Source of the DNA: Methanothrix sp.
Lineage (GTDB): Archaea; Halobacteriota; Methanosarcinia; Methanotrichales; Methanotrichaceae
Length of the DNA: 64,000 bases
Direction of reading: 5' to 3'
Assembly: GCA_963682135.1 (NCBI GenBank)
Contig: OY821645.1
Coordinates: 1,024,001-1,088,000, forward strand
Position numbers and translations under genes: made by a program. Shown one piece after another: positions 37,178 through 47,572 of this stretch. The notes below the pieces were generated by a model that was given only the letters and a program-made list of their open reading frames with translations, did no database searches and was not told the origin of the DNA. Positions within the stretch are counted from its first letter, which is position 1, and the number at the start of each line of letters is the position of its first letter.

Positions 37178-38830
37178 TTAAAAGTCAAACAGCGACTTCT
37201 GCTTCCTCGCAGCCGGCTTGGCCTCCGCCTTCCCCTCGCTCTCTACCTTCTTGGGCCTGCCCCTCTTGCGGCCCTCGGGCTTGGCTGCACTCCCCAGCTG
37301 GCGATCAGCAGCTTCCATCGTTTCCTCCGGCTGTGGCCCGACCGGCGGTGCTGCCTCCTCTCTGATCGACTCTGCCTGCACAGCACTCACATTTTCGGCG
37401 CTTGCTTGCACAGCCCCAGCCACGCCCGCGCCCACCTGCACTGCGTCCGCCTCCGCCTGCTCGGCCTGCGTCTGTGCAGACACCGCCCTCGTCAGCGCGG
37501 GCGCGAGCGGCTGCTGCGCCCTGTCCGTCCAGCCCAGCTCGATCTCCTCGAACTCCTCAGCCGCCCGCATCTTCATCGCTTCCTCGAAGATGTTCTGCAC
37601 CTTCTTGGTGGAGGAGGTGCTGCCCAAAAGAAGCGCTATCTCATCCGCATCCAATTGCAGCTCTGCCGCCAGGGGAACTGCTTTTTTCTTGTCGGCCAGG
37701 AGAAGCCCCACAAAGCCCATCAGCTCCGCCCGCACAAATGCCGCGGAGACGTGGCAATGCTTGCCGATCTTCTTTGCCGCAGAATCTCGAACGTTGCGCG
37801 CCTTCTTGGTCTGGCCCATGCGCCGCCAGCGGCTGGGAGGCCGGAAGGCCACGTAGCCGTGCCTGGCTGCGGCCTTGGCTGCCTGCACGCCGCCGGTCAT
37901 GAGAAAACCGGCATAGCGCCACAATCCGTAGTTCTGCCTGATGCGAACGCGCCCTAAGAATACATCCGCCCGCGCCAGCTGCTCATAACCCTGGCAGAGG
38001 TCTTCGTCCTTGTAGGCCAGCGGCAGATTCTCGTCCACCCAGTTGATGAGATCCTCCGGGCTCTCATCCAGTGCGTAAGAGGCCTGCAAAGCTTCCTGGG
38101 CGCTATTGCCTTTGAAGATGACCTCCAAAACCTTGAAGATGGACGACTTGACATCTCGCTCCGCCGTGGCCACATCCACCAACGCCAGGGCCGTCTGACC
38201 CTGGGCGGCAGCCTGCAGATCATTCACCCCGGAGCGCATATCTCCTCCGGCGCGCTCGGCAATCATCATCAACGCATCAGGATCGCATTCAACACCTTCC
38301 GTCCGGCAGATCTCCCGCAGAGCCTGAGCGATGGTGGTGGAGCGCACGGAGCGAAACTGTATGCCCTTGGCCGCATCCCGCAAGGGCTTTTCCATATCAT
38401 AATACTCGTTGGCAATGAGGAGAACGGGCTGACGGGTATCTTTGACCAGACGCAGCATGGCCGAGGCTCCCCCCCGGTCGGCTGTGCCGTGCAAATTGTC
38501 CGCCTCGTCCAAAATGACCAGCCGCGGCTTGCCAGAGAATGTCATGGAGCGCGAGGCCGGCCCGGCAATCTTCTGGATCATGCCTGCCGTGCGCGCATCT
38601 GAGGCATTCATCTCGATGTAGTCCCAGTCAAATTCCCGTGCCAGGGCCAAGGCTGCGGAGGTCTTGCCCGTACCAGCAGGTCCGTAGAGGATGACGGCCC
38701 CGGTGATGGGCGCTCCCTTCTCCCAGGACGCCGCCCAGGCCCTCAATTCCTCTATGGCCTTGCCGTTTCCTAAAACCTGTTTAAGCGTATCAGGCCGGTA
38801 CTTCTCAGTCCACTTCACAGCGGGGGGCAT
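37178..38830 (-). CDS. rfcL: Replication factor C large subunit
   Basis: WTEKYRP, GPAGTGKT, EMNASD, LDEAD, GDMRS; Ala/Glu-rich tail ending QKSLFDF (PIP box). Confidence 0.95.
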   Translation of the reverse strand: MPPAVKWTEKYRPDTLKQVLGNGKAIEELRAWAASWEKGAPITGAVILYGPAGTGKTSAALALAREFDWDYIEMNASDARTAGMIQKIAGPASRSMTFSGKPRLVILDEADNLHGTADRGGASAMLRLVKDTRQPVLLIANEYYDMEKPLRDAAKGIQFRSVRSTTIAQALREICRTEGVECDPDALMMIAERAGGDMRSGVNDLQAAAQGQTALALVDVATAERDVKSSIFKVLEVIFKGNSAQEALQASYALDESPEDLINWVDENLPLAYKDEDLCQGYEQLARADVFLGRVRIRQNYGLWRYAGFLMTGGVQAAKAAARHGYVAFRPPSRWRRMGQTKKARNVRDSAAKKIGKHCHVSAAFVRAELMGFVGLLLADKKKAVPLAAELQLDADEIALLLGSTSSTKKVQNIFEEAMKMRAAEEFEEIELGWTDRAQQPLAPALTRAVSAQTQAEQAEADAVQVGAGVAGAVQASAENVSAVQAESIREEAAPPVGPQPEETMEAADRQLGSAAKPEGRKRGRPKKVESEGKAEAKPAARKQKSLFDF

Positions 38831-38887
38831 TTTACCTCAGACCGAAAAACTCAGAGCGACACCAGAACACTGGAGACCGACAGCGCC

Positions 38888-39316
38888 TTACCAGACGCCC
38901 TCTCTGCCGGTCATTTCCTCAATCTCGATCTCCCAGATGGTCATGGGCATCCTTTCCAGCTCCTCGCGGGAGAACTTCTTGCCGCCATGCCCGCCCTGAC
39001 CCTTCTTGGTGAAAGCGTCAAACATCTTCTGCTTGGCCTCAACGCTATCCGACAATCGGCTGACGCCGGAGACGATGACGCTCGACCATCTCTCCTTTTC
39101 CAAAACATCTATCTGAAAACAGACTCGGGGATTATCTGTGGCATACTCGACCTTCTTTCCCATACCTTTGGAGTGCAGGTAGATCCTGCCCTCTTGATAG
39201 ACATAGGACATGGGAACGACATAAGGCCGATCGTCTTTGGACAGAGCCAGCCGGCCGTATCGAGCTGTAGAAAGAAGACTCGTGCACTCATCTTGAGATA
39301 GATCCCTGGGCTTCAT
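38888..39316 (-). CDS. Pyridoxamine 5'-phosphate oxidase / Nim-like flavin-binding protein
   Basis: GRLAL...PYVVPMSY...IYLHS...GKK...NPRVCF. Confidence 0.85.
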   Translation of the reverse strand: MKPRDLSQDECTSLLSTARYGRLALSKDDRPYVVPMSYVYQEGRIYLHSKGMGKKVEYATDNPRVCFQIDVLEKERWSSVIVSGVSRLSDSVEAKQKMFDAFTKKGQGGHGGKKFSREELERMPMTIWEIEIEEMTGREGVW

Positions 39317-39372
39317 AGCCGCAAAATTAGTCTATCATGCATTTTTAGTTTTTGCCTTCCGAAAATCGCCCC

Positions 39373-39615
39373 TCACGACCGGCCCGAAAAGAAAGCGCCC
39401 GCAATTAGCAGGACCATGCCTAAAGCAATCATGGGAACGCCCGGAAAAGCCGTCTCCACCTGAAACTTGGTGGCCCCTGCCTCCGCGCCTATCAGCTTGA
39501 AGCTCTCGCCTTGCAGCTCTCCGCCCTGGCTCTCCATCACCTGCACTCCCACCAGAGCGATTCCGGTGAGAATCACCAGCACCCCCATTACTGCAGCTAA
39601 ATTCACGTTAACCAT
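39373..39615 (-). CDS. Small two-TM membrane protein
   Basis: 80 aa with two hydrophobic segments. Confidence 0.55.
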   Translation of the reverse strand: MVNVNLAAVMGVLVILTGIALVGVQVMESQGGELQGESFKLIGAEAGATKFQVETAFPGVPMIALGMVLLIAGAFFSGRS

Positions 39616-39737
39616 TGTAGATCCCCTTCACAGTAAAATATTTAGCGCTATAGATATAATGCTTTGCCTACTATTATCGCATATCAACCCCGGTCCCGCC
39701 AAAAAGGTTTTACCTTGGCAGCGTCTTTCAACAGGGA

Positions 39738-41222
39738 ATGTTCAATAAGATCCTGATCGCCAACCGGGGAGAGATCGCCATCCGGGTGATGCGCGCCTGC
39801 CGGGAGCTGGGCATCTCGACAGTGGCCGTCTACTCCGAAGCGGACAAGAACGCCCTTTTCGCCAAATACGCAGACGAAGCAGTCTTCATCGGGCCGGCCC
39901 CCTCCCGCCAGAGTTACTTGAGGATAGACAATATCATTAAAGCCGCGCTTGATACCGGAGCTCAGGCCATCCATCCCGGATATGGCTTTCTTTCAGAAAA
40001 TACGCACTTCGCTGCTGCCTGCGTGGAGAACGGCATCGTCTTCATAGGCCCTCCGTCCTCGTCTATCGATGCCATGGGCTCCAAGATCACTGCCCGCCAG
40101 ACCATGAAAGAAGCGGGCGTGCCAATTGTGCCCGGCATCGAGGAGGGCATCAGCGATCCGGATGAAGCCGTTGATATCGCTGATAAGATTGGCTATCCCA
40201 TTATCCTCAAGCCGGCAGCGGGAGGCGGAGGAATCGGCATGAAGATCGTGCAGAGTCGCGAGGAGCTCTTGCCTGCTTTAACCTCTTCTCAGTCCGTAGC
40301 CAGGAGCGCCTTTGGTGATGACACCATCTACATCGAAAAATACCTGACAGAACCCAGACACATCGAGTTTCAGATCCTGGCCGACAATCATGGAAAGACC
40401 ATCTATGTCTCAGACCGGGAATGCTCCATCCAGCGCCGCCATCAAAAGCTGATTGAGGAGTCCCCTTCGCCCGTTATGACCGAGGAGCTGCGCGAGAGGA
40501 TGGGCTCCATCGCCGTTAAAGCTGCCAAAGCTATCGGCTATTCCAGTGCCGGCACAGTGGAGTTCATGTACTCGCGCGGCGACTTCTATTTCCTGGAGAT
40601 GAATACCAGGCTGCAAGTAGAGCACCCCATCACTGAGATGGTAACCGGCGTGGACCTGGCCAAAGAGCAGATCTTGGTGGCGGCGGGCTATCCTTTGGGA
40701 TATGATCAGTGCGACATGAAGATCAACGGCTGGGCTATCGAATGCCGCATAAATGCAGAGGACCCGCTAAACGATTTTGCTCCCTGTCCGGGAAAGATCA
40801 AGCGCTACCGCAGCCCGGGCGGTCCGGGCATAAGAGTGGACAGCGGAGTTTATACCGGCTATGTCATCCCCCCCTACTACGATTCTCTGATCTCCAAGCT
40901 GGTGGCCCACGGCAAAGACCGCAAAGAGGCCATCGCCCGAATGGAGCGCGCCCTCTTTGAGTACATTATTGTGGGTGTTAAAACCAATCTGATATTCCAC
41001 AAAGCAGTTCTCAGAAATAAGAGGTTTCGCAGCGGAGACATAAACACTCACTTCATCAAGGATGAGAATATCGTCGAGGCCGTCAAGGTTGTGGCAGATG
41101 AGGATTATGAGAAGGGCAAGTCTCTGGCTTCTGCTCTGGGTGCAGACAGCCGTCAGATCGCTGCTATCGCTGCGGCCGTGGGGTCCTACCTCAGCCAGAA
41201 CCGTTCCGAGGAGAAGAGCTGA
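39738..41222 (+). CDS. pycA: Biotin carboxylase (pyruvate carboxylase subunit A)
   Basis: [57 protein letters not shown]. Confidence 0.9.
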   Translation: MFNKILIANRGEIAIRVMRACRELGISTVAVYSEADKNALFAKYADEAVFIGPAPSRQSYLRIDNIIKAALDTGAQAIHPGYGFLSENTHFAAACVENGIVFIGPPSSSIDAMGSKITARQTMKEAGVPIVPGIEEGISDPDEAVDIADKIGYPIILKPAAGGGGIGMKIVQSREELLPALTSSQSVARSAFGDDTIYIEKYLTEPRHIEFQILADNHGKTIYVSDRECSIQRRHQKLIEESPSPVMTEELRERMGSIAVKAAKAIGYSSAGTVEFMYSRGDFYFLEMNTRLQVEHPITEMVTGVDLAKEQILVAAGYPLGYDQCDMKINGWAIECRINAEDPLNDFAPCPGKIKRYRSPGGPGIRVDSGVYTGYVIPPYYDSLISKLVAHGKDRKEAIARMERALFEYIIVGVKTNLIFHKAVLRNKRFRSGDINTHFIKDENIVEAVKVVADEDYEKGKSLASALGADSRQIAAIAAAVGSYLSQNRSEEKS

Positions 41223-41224
41223 AG

Positions 41225-42202
41225 TTGGCAGCTATCGAGGTCCTCTCATTCTTGACCTCAGGGGAGTGGGTATCCGGTGAAGAGATAGCCAAGAAGCTTG
41301 CCATCTCCCGTGCCGCCGTCTGCAAGCAGGTCCAAACTCTTCGCCAGAGGGGATACGAAATCTCCTCCTCTACCGGGAAGGGCTATCGATTGGACAAAAA
41401 AATCGATTTCTTAGATGCGGATCGCTTCTCTTGCAGCCTCAAGACAAAGTGGCTGGGAAGAGATATGCGCATCTATGACGAGGTCAGCTCCACCAATGCT
41501 GCCGCCTTAGCCGGGGTCCACGACTGTCCCAATGGCACTGTCATCCTGGCCGAGACCCAGACACAGGGCAGGGGAAGGCTCTCTCGACAATGGGCTTCGC
41601 CTCCCGGCGGAATCTGGATGAGTCTCGTCCTGAAGCCGGCAATGCCGCTCAATCATGTCTACCAGATAAACATGGCTGTGAGCGTCGCGCTCTGCCGGGC
41701 CCTCTCCTCTCAGTTCGGCCTGGATGCCGGCATCAAGTGGCCCAACGACCTTTTGATCCGGGAGCTGAAGATCTGCGGAATACTCATGGAGATAGGAGCA
41801 CAGGTGGACCGGCTGGACTATGCCGTGGTGGGATTGGGCCTGAATGCTAACAATGATATATCCCAATTTCCTGCTGAGTGGAGATCAACCACTCTGGCGA
41901 CACAGCTGGGCCACGACATCGACCGATGCGATCTTATCTGCAGAATTCTTGAGGAGATGGAAGTGGCATACGAAAATATGGGAGGCATTGAGATCTTTGA
42001 AGAATGGCGCAGCCGGTCGCTCACCCTGAATAAGCAGGTGCGTATTACCTCTGCGGCTGGCGACCTGGCAGGCGAAGCCGTGGACCTGGCAGAGGACGGT
42101 GCTCTTATCCTCCAAATAGGAGATGAGCAAAAAAGAGTACTGGCTGGAGACTGCATTCATCTGCGAGCCGCTCCGGCTGGGGCGACTGTGGGAGAACGAT
42201 GA
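41225..42202 (+). CDS. birA: Bifunctional biotin-protein ligase / HTH repressor
   Basis: N-terminal SGEEIA..ISRAAV HTH, QTQGRGR, KWPND, KICGIL. Confidence 0.93.
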   Translation: MAAIEVLSFLTSGEWVSGEEIAKKLAISRAAVCKQVQTLRQRGYEISSSTGKGYRLDKKIDFLDADRFSCSLKTKWLGRDMRIYDEVSSTNAAALAGVHDCPNGTVILAETQTQGRGRLSRQWASPPGGIWMSLVLKPAMPLNHVYQINMAVSVALCRALSSQFGLDAGIKWPNDLLIRELKICGILMEIGAQVDRLDYAVVGLGLNANNDISQFPAEWRSTTLATQLGHDIDRCDLICRILEEMEVAYENMGGIEIFEEWRSRSLTLNKQVRITSAAGDLAGEAVDLAEDGALILQIGDEQKRVLAGDCIHLRAAPAGATVGER

Positions 42203-42651
42203 GGCCGAGAAAGGTGCGCGGCATAGCCAGGGATACGCTGCGATTTATCTTGGAGGCGTCCCGCTCCTCTCTGCCCATGGAGTTCGCGGGGCTGCTTCAG
42301 GTTGATGAGGAGATCATCACCGAGGTCCTCATACTGCCCGGCACGGAAAGCTCCCGGATGAGTGCTCTGGTTCGGCTTTACATGCTGCCCAACATGGCTG
42401 TGGCTGGCTCAGCGCATAGCCATCCTTCCGGAGACCTCCGGCCATCTGAGCCGGACCTCATCTTTTTCTCACGTACCGGGGACTTCAACATCATAGTCGG
42501 TCCGCCTTTTGATGAGCAGAGCTTCGTTTGTTACGACGGTGCAGGAAGGCGGCGCGATCTGGCAATTTTAGATGTTGAGTTTAAGGATAGTGGCTTTGAT
42601 GAGGACTTTGAAGATGAATTTGATGATGAATTTAAAGAGGACAAGCCTTGA
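42199..42651 (+). CDS. JAMM/MPN+ metalloprotease
   Basis: E...HSHPSG..PS..D motif. Confidence 0.88.
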   Translation: MRPRKVRGIARDTLRFILEASRSSLPMEFAGLLQVDEEIITEVLILPGTESSRMSALVRLYMLPNMAVAGSAHSHPSGDLRPSEPDLIFFSRTGDFNIIVGPPFDEQSFVCYDGAGRRRDLAILDVEFKDSGFDEDFEDEFDDEFKEDKP

Positions 42652-43079
42652 CCCTGGTAGTGGCCACTGGCACCTTTGACCTTCTTCATCCCGGCCATGT
42701 CCTCTACCTGGAGCACTCGCGAGCTTTAGGCGACGAGCTGGTGGTTATTGTTGCCAGGGATGTGAATGTGCGCCACAAGCCCAAACCTATACTGCCTGAG
42801 CAGCAGAGGCTGAGGATGGTATCATCCCTCAAGGTCGTGGATAGTGCCGTGCTGGGCGAGGAGACGGATATCTTCCGCACGGTAGAGCAGCTCAAACCGG
42901 ATATAATCACTTTGGGTTATGATCAGCATTTTGATGAGGCGGCTTTGCAGGCGGAGCTGTTTCGTCGTGGCCTGAATCCCCAAATTGTGCGTATTGAGGA
43001 GCATGAGCCCTGCCCCCTTTGCAGCTCCAGCCGCATTGTAACCAAGGTCTTGGAGCGTTTTCGGGGGCGGCGAATCTGA
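42648..43079 (+). CDS. ribL: FAD synthase
   Basis: GTFDLLHPGH, LGYDQ, SSSRI. Confidence 0.88.
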   Translation: MTLVVATGTFDLLHPGHVLYLEHSRALGDELVVIVARDVNVRHKPKPILPEQQRLRMVSSLKVVDSAVLGEETDIFRTVEQLKPDIITLGYDQHFDEAALQAELFRRGLNPQIVRIEEHEPCPLCSSSRIVTKVLERFRGRRI

Positions 43080-43130
43080 TCTCGGGTGATGCCGTCAAGT
43101 ACTTATACAGCTCTCTCGTTAGCGGGCCTG

Positions 43131-43595
43131 ATGGCCAGAGTTGCAGTGGGAGGAACCTTCGACCCCATTCATGATGGGCATATCTCCTTGCTGAGGCGTG
43201 CCTATGAGTTGGGAGGAGAGGGCGAGGTAGTAATTGGTCTCACCTCCGACGAGATGGCCAGAGAGAGCCGGACGCGCTTCGTGAGCAATTTTGAGGTACG
43301 AACGAAGAATCTGCGGGCGGTCTTAAAGAGGTGCTTTGGCATCGAGCACGCCAACATTATAAAGATAGACGACCAATGTGGATCATCCATCTATGATGAT
43401 TTTGATTTTATCGTCGTCTCTCCGGAGACTCTGCCCATGGCTGAGAAGATCAATCGGCTGAGGGCAAAAAAGAATTTAAAAGGCCTACAGATATCCATTG
43501 TTGAGTATCAGCTGGCTCAGGATCTTGTGCGCATCAGCTCCACTCGCATCTATGAAGGAAAGATTGACAAGCATGGCAAGGTTCTGATCGGTTAG
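43131..43595 (+). CDS. coaD: Phosphopantetheine adenylyltransferase
   Basis: VAVGGTFDPIHDGH, GLTSD, VVSPET, ISSTRI..GKID. Confidence 0.9.
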   Translation: MARVAVGGTFDPIHDGHISLLRRAYELGGEGEVVIGLTSDEMARESRTRFVSNFEVRTKNLRAVLKRCFGIEHANIIKIDDQCGSSIYDDFDFIVVSPETLPMAEKINRLRAKKNLKGLQISIVEYQLAQDLVRISSTRIYEGKIDKHGKVLIG

Positions 43596-43657
43596 TTATT
43601 GATTGAATTTGCATCGATTTAGGTCAATTTTCCAGAAAAATTGTCTGCTTGAGACCC

Positions 43658-44560
43658 TTAAATCTTGACCGCCAGCATCCTCTCAATTGACCGGCGCGCC
43701 CTTATCGCAATCTCCTCAGGTACCATGACCTGCGGCTTCAGCGTTTGCAGCGCCCGCAAGACCTTATCAAGGTCGGTCTTCTTCATATTCTGGCAGATGG
43801 CGTTCTTGGCTAACGGATAAAACTCTTTTTCCGGATTTTCTTTCTTCAGCCGGTAGATCATTCCCTCTTCCGTGCCGATGATGAATTCCTTCGCTGCGCT
43901 GGATTTGGCATGTTTTCCCATCCCGGCAGTGCTGTAGGTGAAATCTGCCTCGTCAATGACCTCAGGCCGGCACTCCGGATGCACCAGCACCTCTGCCTGG
44001 GGATGCTCTGCGCGGGCGAGGCGCACCTCCTTTGCGGTCAGATGGTCGTGTACATAGCAGTAGCCGTTCCAGGGAATGATCTTCTTATCGGTAAAGCGGG
44101 CCACATAGGCCGCCAGATTTCTGTCCGGCACAAAGATAACCTCATTCTCAGAGAGTGAGGCCACCACCTGCACGCCGTTTGCGGAAGTGCAGCAGACATC
44201 GCTCTCTGCTTTGATCTCTGCCGTGGAGTTCACGTAGCAGACAACTGCCGCCTCAGGGTGGAGGGCTTTGAGGTCGCGCAGCTCTTCGGGCGAGATCATA
44301 TGGGCCATAGGGCACCAGGCACCCTTCTCAGGCAAAACTACCTTCTTTTGTGGGGAGAGAATGGCCGCAGTCTCTGCCATGAAGTCCACCCCGCAAAAGA
44401 TGATGACCTCTGTGTCCAGGCGGGCTGCCGCCCGGGAGAGCTCCAGGGAGTCGCCCACCAGGTCGGCTACATCCTGCACCTCGGGTATCTGATAGTTATG
44501 AGCCAGTATGGTCGCCTGACGCTCTTCTTTTAAAGCAAGAATCTCTTTTATCGCTGTCAT
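43658..44560 (-). CDS. nadA: Quinolinate synthase
   Basis: ILAHNYQ, GDSLELS, CGVDFMAE, YVNS, CTSAN, HPEC, C.NMK. Confidence 0.96.
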   Translation of the reverse strand: MTAIKEILALKEERQATILAHNYQIPEVQDVADLVGDSLELSRAAARLDTEVIIFCGVDFMAETAAILSPQKKVVLPEKGAWCPMAHMISPEELRDLKALHPEAAVVCYVNSTAEIKAESDVCCTSANGVQVVASLSENEVIFVPDRNLAAYVARFTDKKIIPWNGYCYVHDHLTAKEVRLARAEHPQAEVLVHPECRPEVIDEADFTYSTAGMGKHAKSSAAKEFIIGTEEGMIYRLKKENPEKEFYPLAKNAICQNMKKTDLDKVLRALQTLKPQVMVPEEIAIRARRSIERMLAVKI

Positions 44561-44661
44561 AGAATTGGCCCCATGCATGGAGAACCTATTATTTCAACCT
44601 TTTTAAATAGATATGCTTAATATTATTATCTCAAATAAAGTGAGATTGACTTACGTCTTAA

Positions 44662-44691
44662 GAGGATGAGACCGAGGTCTTGCTCATCCTC
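44662..44691. terminator. Hairpin between the tfuA 3' end and the nadA promoter
   Basis: GAGGATGAG...CTCATCCTC stem around an inner GACC/GGTC stem. Confidence 0.35.
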
Positions 44692-44715
44692 CGATGGCTG
44701 CGGGAAAAAGGACCA

Positions 44716-45378
44716 TTACGAACATCTTGCCATATCCTTAACTCTCTCCAGGGCCTGCACTGCATCCTCCATCTTGAAGTCGCGTTTGTCTTTGTCCAGG
44801 AATTCTCGAAAACGCTGCAGCTCCTTTTCCTTCACCAGGCCAAAGGCATCAGAAAGCATGCGCTCATAGCTCCGATCGGGAAAGTATTGGGCCTGTGCGC
44901 AATGGAAGAGCTTGTCTTTACAGGAAGCGCTAATTACCCCCATCTGCCAGGCCAAATCCAAATTGAAACGAATGTTCACCAGCGGCTCGGACCTGGGCTC
45001 ATAGGAGAATGGATCGAAGACCAGCGCCACCTCATCATCCGAGACCAGATGGCCGCTCTTGTAAGCCTGATAAATCCTGCCTATGCCCTCCATGCCGTAA
45101 ACGTCCAGCTCTGAGGCGCGCAGGGCTCCCATGCTGGAAGCGCCCAGTACCCTCGCTCCTGCCTCCAGGGCATAGATTACCTCCTTGTGGGCTACCGAGC
45201 ACTCCTGAAAGAAGACGCCATCGATGAGCAGGATGATCTTTGCTCCTTCTCTTGCCGCCTGGTAAATATCTCCTCTCTTGGCAGGAGGCCGATAATCAGC
45301 CTCCAATATCTGCTCCGCCTTATCCGGAGAGAGGCTTGGCCCTAGGAAGACGACTATTCCGGGCATTTTTGCGGGCAT
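44716..45378 (-). CDS. tfuA: TfuA (MCR thioamidation partner)
   Basis: VFLGPSL, PPAKRGD, IDGVF..SVAHKE, GASSMGALRASEL, DDEVAL. Confidence 0.93.
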   Translation of the reverse strand: MPAKMPGIVVFLGPSLSPDKAEQILEADYRPPAKRGDIYQAAREGAKIILLIDGVFFQECSVAHKEVIYALEAGARVLGASSMGALRASELDVYGMEGIGRIYQAYKSGHLVSDDEVALVFDPFSYEPRSEPLVNIRFNLDLAWQMGVISASCKDKLFHCAQAQYFPDRSYERMLSDAFGLVKEKELQRFREFLDKDKRDFKMEDAVQALERVKDMARCS

Positions 45379-46543
45379 CTTTGCACCTCTTTCCCACCCT
45401 TTCCGGGTCCACCGCTGAGATCTCAAGTCCCGGCACAATCACCCTGACCACAGGAAGGCCGATCTCCTCCCGAGTCAGATCAACCACTATGACCCGATCA
45501 AGGCCGGCTTCCTCCAGCTTCTTTACCATATATTTTATGTCTGCCAGGAAGTCGTCGCTCTCAAAAGATTCAATATCGGCAAATGCCTTCTTCTCAGATG
45601 CTTCAAACCAGTGCTGGTTGAGCCTCTTGGTCCTGTCGTAGCCTATCTGTTTTCTAAAATCAGCGATCGTAGTATCTTCTCTTGCCCCGTGAATCTGGGT
45701 AAGGCGGCTTTGCGCCACCTCAGTGAGAGCGCGCAGCACTGCCACGTTGGCGCTGGTATGCGTGCCCATGCCGGTAGTGAGAAGAGTCGGATCGCGCAGC
45801 CGGACATCATCTGCTGCAGCCGCGCAGGTAGGAATGCCAATGTCGCTGGTAATATCCCTCAGATAGACATCCACCTCGGCTGCCGCGAATTTCTCCAGAA
45901 GACCTTTTGCCTGTTCGTCCTCAACATCACAAATTAAGGGACCGGTCTTCCTCGTAGCTTCCACCAGTGCCCAGGCATCTCTTTCTATAACCTCGGCCAG
46001 GCCGTGGAATATCGCCTCTTCAATGACATTGCCTGAAGCCAGGCCACTGGTATTGGTTCTAAAGAGGCGTTTGTATTCGGAGGGCAAGGGATGAAAGACC
46101 GCGTTGGCCGGAACCAGAATCTCCTCATCGTTCATTATGTCCCATCCGGAGATCCAGGGTATCATGGCATCGTGCTCTGCACCCTGGGGCAGGATCAACT
46201 CGCGTGGGTCCAGTGCTCTGTCCAGATGGGAGAAGCAGTCTATCCTGAGCGTTCTGTCTCTTAATTCGGCAGAGTAGCGTTCCAGTCCTTCCATCATGGC
46301 CGATACTTTAGCTTCCGTGGGCGTGGCTCCCTTGCCGTTGTATACGGATATGGCACCTTTATCGGCCATAGGCCGGATGGAGGAGAATACAGGTATGCCG
46401 ATTCGGTCCAGATTGGTTATGTCCGCCACTCTGGTGATCCCGGCGGCAGGCAATTTGGCATCGGCACGCTTGAGTGTTTCCTCAGGAGGCATTGCCCGGT
46501 GGGTATCGTCTTTGTACTTCTTTATGCAGGACGCTAGTATCAT
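45320..46543 (-). CDS. ycaO: YcaO McrA-glycine thioamidation protein
   Basis: [54 protein letters not shown]. Confidence 0.95.
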   Translation of the reverse strand: MILASCIKKYKDDTHRAMPPEETLKRADAKLPAAGITRVADITNLDRIGIPVFSSIRPMADKGAISVYNGKGATPTEAKVSAMMEGLERYSAELRDRTLRIDCFSHLDRALDPRELILPQGAEHDAMIPWISGWDIMNDEEILVPANAVFHPLPSEYKRLFRTNTSGLASGNVIEEAIFHGLAEVIERDAWALVEATRKTGPLICDVEDEQAKGLLEKFAAAEVDVYLRDITSDIGIPTCAAAADDVRLRDPTLLTTGMGTHTSANVAVLRALTEVAQSRLTQIHGAREDTTIADFRKQIGYDRTKRLNQHWFEASEKKAFADIESFESDDFLADIKYMVKKLEEAGLDRVIVVDLTREEIGLPVVRVIVPGLEISAVDPERVGKRCKDARKNARNSRLPRAKPLSG

Positions 46544-46583
46544 CGCCAGATGTTTGGATCAGCAATGTAATATAAACTCTGCT

Positions 46584-47000
46584 TCAAAGGAAAGGCAATT
46601 TGTCCTTCTTTCGGTAGGCCAGAGACTGGCAGGTCGCGATCAACCTCCCATCTTCGCCTGTGACGGAAATCTGGCAGGCCGAGATCTTTCGGGAGCGATT
46701 GATCTCACGCCCTTCCGCCAGCAATCTCTCGCCAGGAAGGGGCGCATTGAGATAATTCATATTCACGCCTAATGCCACAGCCACTGTGCCATGCGAGTTG
46801 ACGGTCAGCTCGAAGGTGGCATCCACCAGCGAGAAGATGGCAGCACCATGGATAGTGCCTAAGAGATTGTTCATTTTATCAGAAGTCAACATCTTGAGAA
46901 TGGCATGGCCCGCCTCAAGTTCTACAATCTCTATGCCGAAGATCTTGGCATAAGGCTCCTCACAGAATTGTCTCTCTAATGCTGCCAGACATTGATCCAT
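46584..47000 (-). CDS. PaaI-family hotdog thioesterase
   Basis: N..GTIHGAAIFSLVD motif. Confidence 0.85.
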   Translation of the reverse strand: MDQCLAALERQFCEEPYAKIFGIEIVELEAGHAILKMLTSDKMNNLLGTIHGAAIFSLVDATFELTVNSHGTVAVALGVNMNYLNAPLPGERLLAEGREINRSRKISACQISVTGEDGRLIATCQSLAYRKKDKLPFL

Positions 47001-47068
47001 AGTATAATTCCTCGAACCAAGGATTATTCTCGAAACGGTTATATTGGCTACGCTCGATCTAAGGAGCT

Positions 47069-47572
47069 ATGCCCAGCTCCCCAGGCAACAGGCAAGAGCC
47101 GGTCTCCATTGAGGTGAGCGGCCCAGCGGTGTCCATTGTCCTAACCCAGGGCGCTATCAATATCTGGTTTGGAAAAAAATTTGATAAATCAATTATCGCC
47201 AAGATTCTCTTGATTATCTCAAAGGTGGATGGAACTGCGGAGCACGAGAAGGAGGTCTTATGCCCTTTCGAGAAGATCAGCGAGTTCGAGAACAACGGCT
47301 ACATCCTCACCTCCTACGCCCGCAAGAAAGAGAAGTACAGGGCCATATTTGTCGTTCCGTTCTCCAATTCACGTGCGCTGGAGATGTTCATGGAGTCCAT
47401 CTCCCAGGAGACGGAGAAAGAGGATGTTAAGATCACCCTTTACTGGAGGGGAGGCAGAATCAGGATGAATCTGATAAAAGAGGAGCTGTCCAGGCTCAAT
47501 TGTTTTGGCACACTAAATGTGATTTATAAGGATGAGCTGATGGGAGCTGTTAGCAGGAGAGAGGAGTCATGA
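47069..47572 (+). CDS. Hypothetical protein
   Basis: AGGAG RBS; stop overlaps the aminotransferase start. Confidence 0.65.
   Translation: MPSSPGNRQEPVSIEVSGPAVSIVLTQGAINIWFGKKFDKSIIAKILLIISKVDGTAEHEKEVLCPFEKISEFENNGYILTSYARKKEKYRAIFVVPFSNSRALEMFMESISQETEKEDVKITLYWRGGRIRMNLIKEELSRLNCFGTLNVIYKDELMGAVSRREES

Noticed and set aside
39738-42202. pycA without pycB
   Set aside because: The partner subunit may lie elsewhere in the genome; its absence from one window is uninformative.
44716-46543. YcaO-TfuA as a novel RiPP cluster
   Set aside because: It matches the known methanogen McrA thioglycine machinery, and no precursor peptide is adjacent.
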